Of a DNA stretch of 64,000 bases, positions 1-10,278 are shown one piece after another. A program made the translations under genes and the position numbers. The stretch covers positions 183,892,001-183,956,000 of the forward strand of contig NC_042997.1 of the NCBI RefSeq assembly GCF_006345805.1, written 5' to 3'. This DNA comes from Octopus sinensis (Eukaryota). The notes under the pieces are model-generated. The model saw only the letters and a list, made by a program, of their open reading frames with translations. It was not told the origin of the DNA and did not search any database. Every line of letters starts with the position of its first letter. Position 1 is the first letter of the stretch.

Positions 1-221
1 GATGTCTATAGAGGTAAAAAAACATTCTGTGCCGTATGAATATGTCACTCGTTTAAGAAACAGATTGGGTTTGTTTACATTTGCGAAGGAAAAAAGATAC
101 CCTTCCCCCCACCCTAACCCTAAAACAGATTGAAATGCAATAGATCGATACTAGGGTCATAATTATGGGTGACAATTTCATATGACACCGCTAGAAAAAA
201 CTGCCGTTTAAACCAAAAAGA
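1..221. mobile_element. Partial copy (one end) of the GGATC-terminal ~410-bp MITE family, just downstream of the SURF1 3' end
   Basis: Close match to 26330-26550 and to the reverse complement of 23799-24020. Ends in the TIR aaaactgccgtttaaaccaaaaagatcc and is truncated by the window edge. Confidence 0.85.
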
Positions 222-346
222 TCCCAAAACGTTTTAATATATTTGCTGATATGACTTGATGGTGTACAGTCTTGAACCAAGTTCTTAACAAATTTGAGGG
301 AAAAAAGAGAAAATTTATGAATACATAAATATAATTTATTCAAACA

Positions 347-455
347 CTATGAAAATTTTCTTGAATTAAATACTATATCAGCAGGGCGTTGAGGAGGTGG
401 AGGTCGGCGAAACATACGGTACCACATCCATGCAGTTATAGCACTTAATGTGTAC
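347..455 (-). CDS. SURF1: SURF1 exon 9 (last): (W)YTLSAITAWMWYRMFRRPPPPQRPADIVFNSRKFS*
   Basis: Polypyrimidine/CAG acceptor at 456-457, phase compatible with exon 8, TAG stop at 349-347, AATAAA at 340-335. Matches the second TM segment of SURF1 (TWYxLS). Confidence 0.93.
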
Positions 456-769
456 CTGTGGGCAAAAAAAATAATATTAGTAAACAATTTTTAAATGCAA
501 ACACTTAACATGTATTAAAATTATATCATCATCATTCTCATTTTATTTCATTTTTGTATGATAATATTCAGGAGGCTGTTGTCTTTAGGATTACATTCTC
601 AGAAATAACTATAAACCCCTATGTGTTTTGTTTTGCTTTCCTTTTAATCTCCAATATTTTTCAATATCTAAGATATTGCATCAGAAGTTGCTTTTAGGAG
701 ATACTCCATCCTAATTTTAATCTCTTTCTTAGCCAGCCAGTTATTAGAGTGTCTGTAGAGCTACTACAA

Positions 770-1230
770 CTAGTTTAAATATATATGTGTGTGTGTATTT
801 CAGTTGTGATTATATGGTTACGAGCAAAACGCCCCCCCCCCCGTCCAAAAATCCGGTGCTGAGTTGTCAAACATTTAAACCAAATTTTCTCTAAACAACT
901 TGTCCAACTGTCACATAGGTCTCCCCTTTGAGAAACACTTATTTAACCTAAATTTGAGACACCATGCATTTTTCTTGCGTATGTATAGTATCGATTGCAA
1001 CAGCTGATGTACTTGCGCGAACAAATGCACGTTCCCACGGCTTAATTGATCCCATTCTCACCTGGAATCGATTTTTGTAATTTTTTTCAAGACTTATACA
1101 CGCCCTGATACCATCAGCATCTACATATCAAATTGAGCGCAATCGGATGGAGGATGTTTGAGATCCTAGAAGACACACACACAGACAGACAGAACAACTT
1201 AAATATAATAGATAATCCCAAGTCAGAAAA
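770..1230 (-). mobile_element. Helitron-like non-autonomous element (degenerate)
   Basis: The minus strand begins a|tctattatatat followed by (GTCT)/(GT)n and ends near ctag|t. No clear 3' hairpin was seen. Confidence 0.4.
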
Positions 1231-1758
1231 CCTTATTTTTTTCAGCAGATCATTATTGCTATGTAAGAAATCATAAAGCATCACAGTTTGCACACAAGCA
1301 TTTTGTTTTTCTCTCTGACAGAAAGGTTTTGTTATCAACAGAAGTATTAGCTCCCTGAACTTTCTCCAGTTCCTTGTTATTCAAGCAATTATACTTTTAG
1401 GGCATCTCCCACTGCTAATTAGATTACCTAGGTAATGAAAGCTATTAACAATTCATAGGGGACCTTCCAGGAATTTGAATATCATAAGCTGGTTGGACAA
1501 GAGTGGCAATGCAGCTGGGGGACTTGTGCTTAATCCGGAAGACTTTTGTTTATAGTTCCATCAATGCACCGCAAGCATACAATATATGATGATGATGATG
1601 ACAACAAACCTTTCATACAGCCATCTTCATAACAACACAACCAGTGTTGTAAATTTCTAAACTTAATACCACAAACACACTAACTCGACATTAAATTTCC
1701 TTCTTTTTGTAATATAAACTATTCGAAAAATAACAAATTTACTGTCCCATATGTTTAA

Positions 1759-1979
1759 CCCTTTAGTGTTCAGATTACTCTGTTAAATCTAATACTTTTT
1801 CACTCAAATTGTTTTGAATTACTCATGCATTATCTTATAGTTTTGAGGTTTCAATGATGTGAATGTTTATTTTTAGAATGTCACTGTAGGTTAGGTGTGA
1901 GAGACTGGATATCGCCAGTTTGAATATAAAACATGTAGAATATATTGGGCCGGATGTGGCCGGTTTAAACACTAAAGGG
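1759..1979 (+). mobile_element. piggyBac-like MITE family E (~220 bp, TIR CCCTTTAG); other copies at ~3310-3525, 11275-11486 (-), 12558-12772 and ~32345-32545
   Basis: TTAA on both sides (1755-1758 and 1980-1983), termini ccctttagtgtt...aacactaaaggg, and several homologous copies in the window. Confidence 0.85.
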
Positions 1980-2019
1980 TTAAAGGAAATTGATCATGTC
2001 AATACTCAAATTCACTCAC

Positions 2020-2101
2020 CATGTAAATATGTAAGTCAGGTGTTCATTTCTTAGAGTAATTTTTGTTTGTCCACCCAGTGGGCCACCAGGCACTGTGCTG
2101 T
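2020..2101 (-). CDS. SURF1: SURF1 exon 8: (H)[26 protein letters not shown](W)
   Basis: AG acceptor and GTGAGT donor, 82 nt. Contains the hallmark SURF1 motif STVPGGPxGGQTxxxLRNEHLxYxxTW. Confidence 0.97.
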
Positions 2102-2772
2102 CTGTTGGCAAAAATAATAAAAAGGCATATTTCAAATGAAATGGTAATTCATTAAAATGTGTGAATGAATAATAAGAGTATTAATAACTAGAATATTTAC
2201 CAACACTGTAATGTAATTACATGAAATAAAATTGGAAAAATGAAAGAAAAAGAAGACATTGTTGCTTTTCTTTACAGTAATAATCTATAATCTACTGAGT
2301 CAACAAATAGCCTGTGTGGTCACTCAACCTATAAGAAATAACAGCCAAAATTACCTCAACCCACACCTTATTGTCTTTCATATGGAGAGGACACAAGATT
2401 GTCATAGCTTGAAAGCTTCTGATCATAGTTCTGCTGAATCAGGGTTGACCTAGGGTTAAACAATAACATGTAATCTACTAATTCATGAGTACTTCCATCT
2501 TCAAGAAATACAATGAGAGCAAGACAGCTTGATAATGCTTATCTTTTGATCGCAACTAAATTTGTAACCATGAAACCAAAAGTTGTTCACAGGAGGACAA
2601 GACATTAATGCCTTTCCAAAGAACACCTGTCATGCAATTGAAATGAAATAGTTCAAAATCATCCTTGTTGAAACAAAATTTTGACATGAATTGAATACAG
2701 CTAAAAATCCAGTATACCTACCATGTCTAGTCTAGTCTAGTCTGACCTAAAACAACATTACGTCTCATCACA

Positions 2773-2960
2773 TTGCCAGTGGTACATAAAAAGCACCCAC
2801 TACACTCATGGAGTGGTTGGCATTACGAAGGGCATCCAGGTGTGGAAACCATGCAAATCAGATTGAAACTTGGTGCAGCTTACCAGTTTTCAATCAAACC
2901 GTCCAACCCATGCCAGCATGGAAAACAGACGTTAAATGATGATGATGATGATGACGACTA
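2773..2960 (+). mobile_element. 5'-truncated RTE 3'-UTR copy with (GAT)n tail; further copies at ~14170-14400, 20600-20880(-), 22190-22596, 33570-33800(-), 34770-35025, 35810-36295, 38790-39008, 60480-60852, 62280-62740(-) and 63895-64000
   Basis: Homologous to the 3' UTR of the full-length RTE at 5304-5900 (aaaagcacccactacac..ggagtggttggcgttaggaagggcatccagc..ccaacccatgctagcatgg..cgttaaa(c/t)gatgatgat). Confidence 0.85.
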
Positions 2961-3082
2961 ACATCTGAAATATGATAATCATAACATTTCAGTCTCAAAT
3001 TCTAGGAAGTGACTTTTTTTGTTTTATGTCTATTTTACCATGCTGGCATAGGTTGTAAGGAGATTTGAGGCAGTATAAATAT

Positions 3083-3252
3083 ACATATATACGACGGGCT
3101 TCTTTCAGTTTCCGTCTACCAAATCCACTCACAAGGCTTTTATCAGCCCGAGGCTATAGTAGAAGACACTTGCCCAAGGTGCCACGCAGTGGGACTGAAC
3201 CCGGAACCATGTGGTTGGTGAGCAAGCTACTTACCACACAGCCACTCCTGCA
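3083..3252 (-). mobile_element. tRNA-derived SINE family B (short form); longer copies at 10782-11165(+), 42277-42652(-) and 46430-46808(+); older copies at ~29385-29750, 32850-33215, 42920-43200 and 60880-60980
   Basis: A-box-like tgtgtggtaagtagc and B-box-like gggttcagtccc, followed by ccttgggcaagt. Multiple near-identical copies in the window. Confidence 0.85.
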
Positions 3253-3571
3253 CCTATACTAAATCATAATTTACCATTTTTCTTGGGTATCAAAGCTTTT
3301 TCCTTTTAACCCTTCAGTATCCAGATTACTCTGTCAAATGTAATGCTTATTTATTCATTGTTTTCAAGTAATCATGCATTATCTTGTAGCTTCAAGATTT
3401 CAATGATGTGATTGTTTATCTTTAGAACGACATTGTAGGGTAGGTGTGAGAGGTTGGATCTGACCAGTTTGAATGCAAAACAGGTAGAATATTTGGGCTG
3501 GATATGACCAGTTTAGATGCTAAAAAGCTGAACACTCTTCTGATAATTGTTACCATCATGAAAATACTTAC

Positions 3572-3689
3572 GAATATCTGCATCAATGAAGACTGGTGAA
3601 CTTCCGGAAGCCCCTGCCATAGCCTCTATATCACGTAACATCCAGTAACCATGTGTTTTAGGATCATTAGTTGGGGTCATCATTCTTGG
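3572..3689 (-). CDS. SURF1: SURF1 exon 7: PRMMTPTNDPKTHGYWMLRDIEAMAGASGSSPVFIDADI
   Basis: TAG acceptor and GTAAGT donor, phases 0/1 compatible with the neighbouring exons. Matches the SURF1 W..RD.EAMA....P.FIDA motif. Confidence 0.95.
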
Positions 3690-3810
3690 CTACAAGAACA
3701 TAAAAAAAAAGAGAAAAATAATATAAGTCAACCTGGTTTTTAATCTTTAGGGAAAGAGCAGACAGACATTATTATGTGGTTAATAGGTACAATCATGATT
3801 ATGTGGTTTA

Positions 3811-4020
3811 CCCTTTTGTTACTGTATTTATATTGAGATCCTCTGTGTTTCTTTCAATTACTTTAAATATAACAAAGAATTTAGTAAAATAACTTAGTCA
3901 TCATTCAGCTAGTGTAAGGAACATTAATTGTGACTAAGGTTTGGTGGAAGATTTTAATTCAAAACTTATGAAAACAAGACATTTGTACTCGGAGCTAGAG
4001 CCGGTTTGGTAACAAAAGGG
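3811..4020 (+). mobile_element. piggyBac-like MITE family D (~215 bp, TIR CCCTTTCGTTAC); other copies at 18340-18554, 19420-19640, 53716-54150 and nested 53814-54033(-)
   Basis: CCC...GGG termini with flanking TTAA, most clearly at 18336/18555 and 19416/19641. An empty-site paralog exists at ~22630. Confidence 0.85.
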
Positions 4021-4885
4021 TTAAAAAGTTTTCTTTGCAATCGTGTGCTTCTAGATTCAATTCCATTGCACAGTACCCTAGAACAGTGTCTTCTACCAAA
4101 AGCCATGGGTTGGTCAATATCTTATAATTGAGATTCAACAGGCAGAAACTAAGTAGAAGCCATATATGTGTATATCTTTAAGTAAACCAATAAACTGGTG
4201 CTTTGAAACAAAAATTCCTTCAGCAAGCTGGCAGAATTGTTAGCATGGCAAGCGAAATGCTTAGCAGTATTTCATCTGTTGGGGTACACAAGGTTACATT
4301 AAGGACACAGTCTCTAACAAATATGGTTGGGTCATAGGGCACTGAGTTGCTGACATGATTGGGAATCAATGGTCATGGCTCAACTGTGCGACTGTTGTGA
4401 GGATAATTCAGATACCTAACAAAAAGAATTCTGCATGCAGTGTCTGAGCATGTAAGCTCACATTAAGGACACAGTCTCTAACTAACATGGTGGGGTCTTA
4501 GACACCATAAATTAGTATGTTAATGTACATGCATTATTTTGGTTTGGAATCAATAGCTGAAGAATATTTGTATGGGTTTTGTCTAAGCTTAGAAGAAAGA
4601 CTTTTTTATACTGAAGCTAAAAGACAATAGTTGCTCAGGTTTTAACATATTGTAGCATATTTTTCAAAATAAACACAGTGCATTCCAAACTGTTTTTATT
4701 CCAACAAATTGCTACCTATGGTACTACAGGAACAGGCTATTATTGCTACCATTTAGACCACACAGTTTGAACTCTACATCAGTTCATCCATTTAATACAA
4801 ACTACTTATATAATTTCAGTAGCTGTTTTTTCCAGTTTTAACAGAAGCAAAGCATGGACAATGTGGGCAGTCATATGTACTCCAG

Positions 4886-5273
4886 GAAAGGGGGTTTTCT
4901 GCCCCCAGGGGTCCCATTACTCATTATGTGAAAAATTTTAAGAGTCTAAAACCATCTCTGGAACATAAGTAATGTATGTTCCCAGAGAAAATCAGTTGCG
5001 AACTTCAGATGTTCTGTGGGTTTACAGACATACATCCTCAGTTTTATATATATAGAGAGGTAGAGAAATTATCACAAGTATGCCATCAAGAGTAATGTCC
5101 TTTTAACCAAGTTACATGGTTGTTCATATTGTTTACCTAGGAAAGAGGGTTTTCTGCACCCAGGGGCAGAATTTCCAGTATCTAAAACCATCTCTGGAAC
5201 ATAAGTAATGAATGTCCCCAGTCTGAAGAAAATCAGTTGCAAACTTCATTAGTTTTATATATATCCTCAGTTT

Positions 5274-5300
<27 letters not shown>
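4886..5300. repeat. Tandem ~250-bp duplication of a degenerate, possibly Helitron-like fragment
   Basis: The segment ggaaag.gggttttctgc..ccagggg...tctaaaaccatctctggaacataagtaatg...gaaaatcagttgc.aacttca...cctcagttttatatatat occurs twice. Confidence 0.55.
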
Positions 5301-5304
<4 letters not shown>

Positions 5305-5917
5305 ATCATCATCATCATCATCATCATCATTTAGCGTCCGTTTTCCATGCTAGCATGGGTTGGACGGTTCTACTGGGGTCTGTGAAGCCAGAAGGCTCAT
5401 CAGGCCCAGTCAAATCTGGCAGTTTTTCTACGGCTGGATGCCCTTCCTAACGCCAACCACTCCGTGAGTGTAGTGGGTGCTTTTTACGTGCCACCCGCAC
5501 TGGTGCCAGACAGAGCTGGCAAACGGCCACGAACGGATGGTGCTTTTTATGTGCCACCGGCACGAGGGCCAGGCGAGGCTGCAACGGACACGAAACGGGG
5601 AGGTGCTGGCAACGGTCGCGAAACGGAAAGTTCTCTTACATGCCACCGGCACTGGTAACACATCTGCAATTTCCATTGATCGATTTCCATTGATCGATTT
5701 CGATTCTGATCCTCACTTGCCTCAATGGGTCTTCACAAGCAGAGTTTCGACATGCCACCGGCACTGGTTAGCACATCCGCAATTTCCATTGATCGATTCG
5801 ATTCTGATCCTCACTTGCCTCAACACGTCTTCACAAGTAGAGTTTTGTGTCCCAAGAAGGGAAGGTATGCATACGTAGGCTGGCTCCATCCCATGTAGAA
5901 GGCCACGGGTTGTGGAC

Positions 5918-8900
5918 TCACTTGTCCTGCCGGGTCTTCTCGCGCACAGCACACTTCCAGAGGTCTCGGTCTCTAGTCATTTCCTCAGTGAGACCTAAAG
6001 TTCGAAGGTCGTGCTTCACCACCTCGTCCCAGGTTTTCCTGGGTCTGCCTCTTCCACAGGTTCCCTCAACCGCTAGGGTGTGGCACTTTTTCACACAACT
6101 ATCTTCATCCATTCTCGCCACATGACCATACCAGCGCAAACGTCTCTCTTGCACACCACAACTGATGCTTCTTAGGTCCAGCTTTTCTCTCAAGGTACTT
6201 ACACTCTGCCGAGTGTGAGTACCGGCATTACACATCCATCGGAGCATACTGGCTTCATTTCTAGCGAGCTTACGCATATCCTCAGCAGTCACGGCCCATG
6301 TTTCACTGCCATGTAGCATGGCTGTTCGTACACACGCATCATACAGTCTGCCTTTCACTCTGTGCGAGAGGCCTTTTGTCACCAGCAGAGGTAAGAGCTC
6401 TCTGAACTTTGCCCAAGCTATTCTTACTCTAGCAGTTACACTTTCAGCACACCCCCCCCGCTGCTGACTTGGTCACCTAGGTAACGGAAACTATCAACTA
6501 TTTCTAGTTTTTCTCCCTGGAAAGTGACGGAAGTTGGTCTCAGAGCATTTTCAGTGTTGTTGTTCCTGAGCATCTGCCACATACAAAAACCATCTTCCTA
6601 GTTAGCCTTCCTTTGACATTGCTGCATCTCTTATGTGTCCATAGCTTACACTTGGTGCATCTTATAGAGTTTCTACCTACACCTTTTCTACAGATCGAGC
6701 AGGGCCATCTACCTGAAGGTGTTTGTGATTTGTCTACCTTCCTACTGATTACGACTTTGGTTTTAGCTAGATTGACTCTGAGGCCCTTCGATTCTAATCC
6801 TTGTTTCCACACCTGAAACTTCTCCTCCAGTTCTGATAGCGACTCAGCAATTAGAGCAAGGTCATCAGCATAGAGGAGCTCCCAAGGGCATCCTGTCTTG
6901 AATTCCTCCGTTATTGCCTGGAGGACTATGATAAATAGGAGGGGGCTGAGTACTGAGCCTTGGTGGACCCCTACCTCTACCCGGAATTCTTCACTGTACT
7001 CATTTCCAACCCTCACCCTACTAGCGGCGTCCCTATACATGGCCCGCACAGCTCTCACTAACCATTCATCTATCCCTAGTTTTCTCATTGCCCACCAGAT
7101 AAGGGATCGGGGGACCCTGTCGAAGGCTTTCTCCATGTCAACAAAAGCCAGGTACAGGGGCTTATCTTTGGCTAGGTATTTCTCCTGCAGCTGCCTTACC
7201 AGGAATATAGCATCAGTAGTACTTTTCCCTGGCACAAACCCAAACTGCATCTCATCTAAACTAACTCTCTCTCTAATTAGTTGGGCTATGACCCTCTCCG
7301 TAACCTTCATCACCTGGTCCAACAGCTTGATACCTCTGTGTAGTTATTTGTATCTAGGGCATCACCTTTACCTTTGTAGCAGTTGACTATTATACTGCTA
7401 CACCAGTCATTGGGTATGACCCCTTTGTGTATCACCTGATTAACTATATGGTGACTAGGCTATAGCCGACACTACCAGACATTTTGAGCATCTCTGCAGT
7501 GATTCCTGATGGGCCTGGGGCTTTCCCTGTCTTCATGCTTCTAATTGCCTTAGCTACCACAGAACTATCAACTCGGATAGCTGGTCCCTCTGTGGGTCAA
7601 CATTCGGCAGACTCTCTTTATCCCATTCATTTTCTTCATTCAGCAACCTTTCATAGTGGCATCTCCAAACCTCTCTCTTCGCATCCTCATTTAGCGCAAG
7701 TGAACCATCTTCCATGCGAACACACTTCTCTCCTACCACATCACGATTCTCTCTCAAACACTGTCTTGCAACACGAAACACCTCCAGTCTTTGGTCCTCA
7801 CGGCGCAGAACATTGGCAAATTTTTTCTTATCTGCTTCCCCTCTGGCTAAATAAACCTGTCTCTAGCTTCTCTTTTGGCAGTCTGATACAATTCCCTGCT
7901 ACCCCCATTTTTCCAGACCTTCCAAGCCTGTCTCTTTTCTCTAATAGCCCTGTCTACAATATTGTTCCACCACCACGTTATTCTAGGTCGAGAGGGGACT
8001 TTGCACCAGCCACAGATCTGGTCAGTGGCTCTCAGCAGGTTGTCCCTTAGAAACGTCCAGCTGTCTTCTACCCCTGTGATGCTCTATCCCCTTCTACTTC
8101 GTCAGAGGCTTCAAGTAATATGTCCCTAAATCTCTGTCCATTTGCAGGATCTTTAAGCTTCCAGATCCTTCTTCTCCATATTTGTCGTCTTCTGGTTGTC
8201 CTCCTAGTCCTGATCCTAAAGTCACTAACTACCAGTCTATGTTGTGGGGTACATTCTTCACCTGGGAAGGTTTTGGCATTTATAAGCAGCCATCTCTCCC
8301 TTTGCCTTGTAAGGATGTAGTCAATTTGGCTGGTATGTTGGCCCGATTGGTAAGTGACTAGGTGGCTGGTAGGTTTCCTGAAGTTAGTGTTGCAAATCAT
8401 AAGATTATTTGCATCGCAGAACTCCAGCAGCCTGGTTCCCTCCTCGTTGCGGGAGCCATAGCCATAGCCTCCATGTACGCCATGGAAGCCCCCAGCATGT
8501 CGTCCAACGTGACCATTGAAGTCACCAGCCACAAAGATAAGGTCTCTGTCGTTCGTCAATGAGGTAGTCTGCAGTAGAGTGTCATAGAATCGGTCTTTCT
8601 GTCCATCGGGTAGCCCCGACTGAGGAGCATAGGCTGATATAATGGTTGCTAAACTATGATGAAGCACTAATCTAATCTTAAGTATTCTGTCACTTACTCT
8701 GATTACCTCAATTACTTTATCTACCCATTTCTCAGCGATAAGTATACCCACGCCACCAACCCCGTCAGTGTTCCCTGCCCAGAAAATCTTGTACCTGCGT
8801 TCCTTGCCTGTGAGGAGCCTAGCTGATCCTCCTCTCCACCTTATTTCTTGCATGCAACATATATCCACACATCTCCGTTCAAGCATCTCGACTATCTCAC

Positions 8901-9081
8901 CAGACCTACCTTTCAGAGTGCCAACGTTGAGGGTGCCAACCCTGAGGGTGTGGAAGGCATGGGCTCTAGAGACCCTGGGACGGTGGACAGTAGCTTCGTG
9001 TACCTGAAAAGAAAGCTCGCATTTGGCAGAATTCATGTGCAAGAAATGAAGTAGTAAAGTAGCCTTCAGTACAACCTGCAT
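5918..9081 (-). pseudogene. RTE ORF (endonuclease + reverse transcriptase + PHD finger) broken by a handful of small frameshifts
   Basis: ORF-track pieces 8068-9081, 7554-7781, 6540-7322 and 5918-6382 join into one RTE-type protein through small indels (near ~8070, 7615, 7450, 7345, 6555 and 6460). The catalytic YADD is intact. Confidence 0.9.
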
Positions 9082-9253
9082 AACGCTAGCCTTTCATATT
9101 TTGCACTGTATGAACATTACCTTACATAGGTCGAGACTAGGGGTAGGGAGGGGTATGGATGGTGAGAGCATTTGCAGTCTTCATGGGAAGCAACCCGGAA
9201 TGAAGAGAATAGGAACTTCCGGCATGCGTGGTGGGGGGGGGGGGGGGGGGGTG

Positions 9254-10177
9254 CACCGTAGCTGAGTAAAGAGGTTCTGTTAATCGTGAGCTAGCAAATG
9301 GGTTTGTATGAATCGGGAGACAATACTAAACGAAAAATTGAAAAATCAGAGTGGCTATGAACCTGGAGACAAGTCTAAACGAAAAAAAAATGTTTGAGCT
9401 AGACAGGGTAATGAGGGAATACTGAAAGAATAGTGACAATACAATGATGGAAATGAAGAATAAGGAAAGAATAAGGATGAAGAATAAGAAAGAATAAGGA
9501 TAAGTGCAAGAAGAAGAAGTAGTCGTAGCGAGGTTGGACGATTCACTTAACTTTTAGCCATTCATGATCTGTGCGTATTCTTTAGATATTTTGAAGCGAG
9601 TGGGGTTAACGATAAATGCGATGGCTCTTTAATGTATGGCGATGATGGTTTTGGGGAGGGGGGGCATAGAGGACCATGGCGATGATGGTTATGGGAAGGG
9701 GGGGACATAGCGAGAGAGAGATACGGTTAGTTAGAGAGAGAGGTCAAGGGACACGTGACAATAAGCGGTTTGAGGGAATTTGACTGGGGACGGCATTGTC
9801 GATAAATAAACATTAGATAAATAGGTTTGAAAATCAGAAAAATCAGAGGGAATATCATTATTGATAGCTAATATAACACCGTAGCTGAGTAAAGAGGTTC
9901 TGTTAATCGTGAGCTAGCAAATGGGTTTGTATGAATCGGGAGACAATACTAAACGAAAAATTGAAAAATTGAAAAATTGAAAAATCAGAGTGGCTATGAA
10001 CATGGAGACAAGTCTAAACGAAAAAAAAATGTTTGAGCTAGACAGGGTAATGAGGGAATACTGAAAGAATAAGTGACAATACAATGAGATGGAAATTGAA
10101 GAATAAGGAAAGAATAAGGATGAAGAATAAGGAAAGAATAAGGATAAGTGCAAGAAGAAGGTAGTCGTAGCGAGGTT
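9254..10177. repeat. Two ~290-bp direct repeats (9254-9537 and 9877-10177) around a ~340-bp spacer
   Basis: Both units run caccgtagctgagtaaagaggttctg...gtagtcgtagcgaggttg and differ mainly in the copy number of short internal repeats. Confidence 0.9.
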
Positions 10178-10230
10178 GTATATATATATATATATATTAT
10201 GACATATTTTAATATACAAATTTTACTTAC

Positions 10231-10278
10231 AGGGTCAGAGTGACGTACTACACCAACTATTTCTACCTCATCTTCAAT
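10231..10278 (-). CDS. SURF1: SURF1 exon 6: IEDEVEIVGVVRHSDP
   Basis: CAG acceptor and GTAAGT donor, phase 0/0. Matches SURF1 IEGEVDLIGMVR. Confidence 0.93.

Larger units (their letters stand above)
5304..10178 (-). mobile_element. Near-full-length RTE-clade non-LTR retrotransposon in SURF1 intron 6 (sense orientation): (GAT)n tail, ~600-bp modular 3' UTR, EN-RT ORF, putative long 5' region
   Basis: APE endonuclease (VGTLNVGTL, CMQEIRW, AGDFNGHVG, SQIDYIL) and RT (QFGFVPG, FVDMEKAFD, GVHQGSVLSP, LLYADDL) are collinear. (TA)n tracts lie at both ends. Inclusion of 9254-10178 in the element is an inference. Confidence 0.9.

Noticed and set aside
5440-5830. Repeat-spacer-like modules reminiscent of a CRISPR array
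   Set aside because: Eukaryotic DNA, degenerate repeats, spacers related to each other, no cas genes. This is the RTE 3' UTR.
5428-5952. ORFs of 64-133 aa over the RTE 3' UTR, and similar ORFs at 20487-20861, 22041-22580, 35796-36257, 60335-60811 and 62385-62696
   Set aside because: All overlap the same non-coding repeat. Shared peptides such as LQLDALPNANHS simply reflect repeat homology.
6898-8050. Plus-strand ORFs of 162 and 188 aa
   Set aside because: Antisense shadows of the RTE coding sequence.
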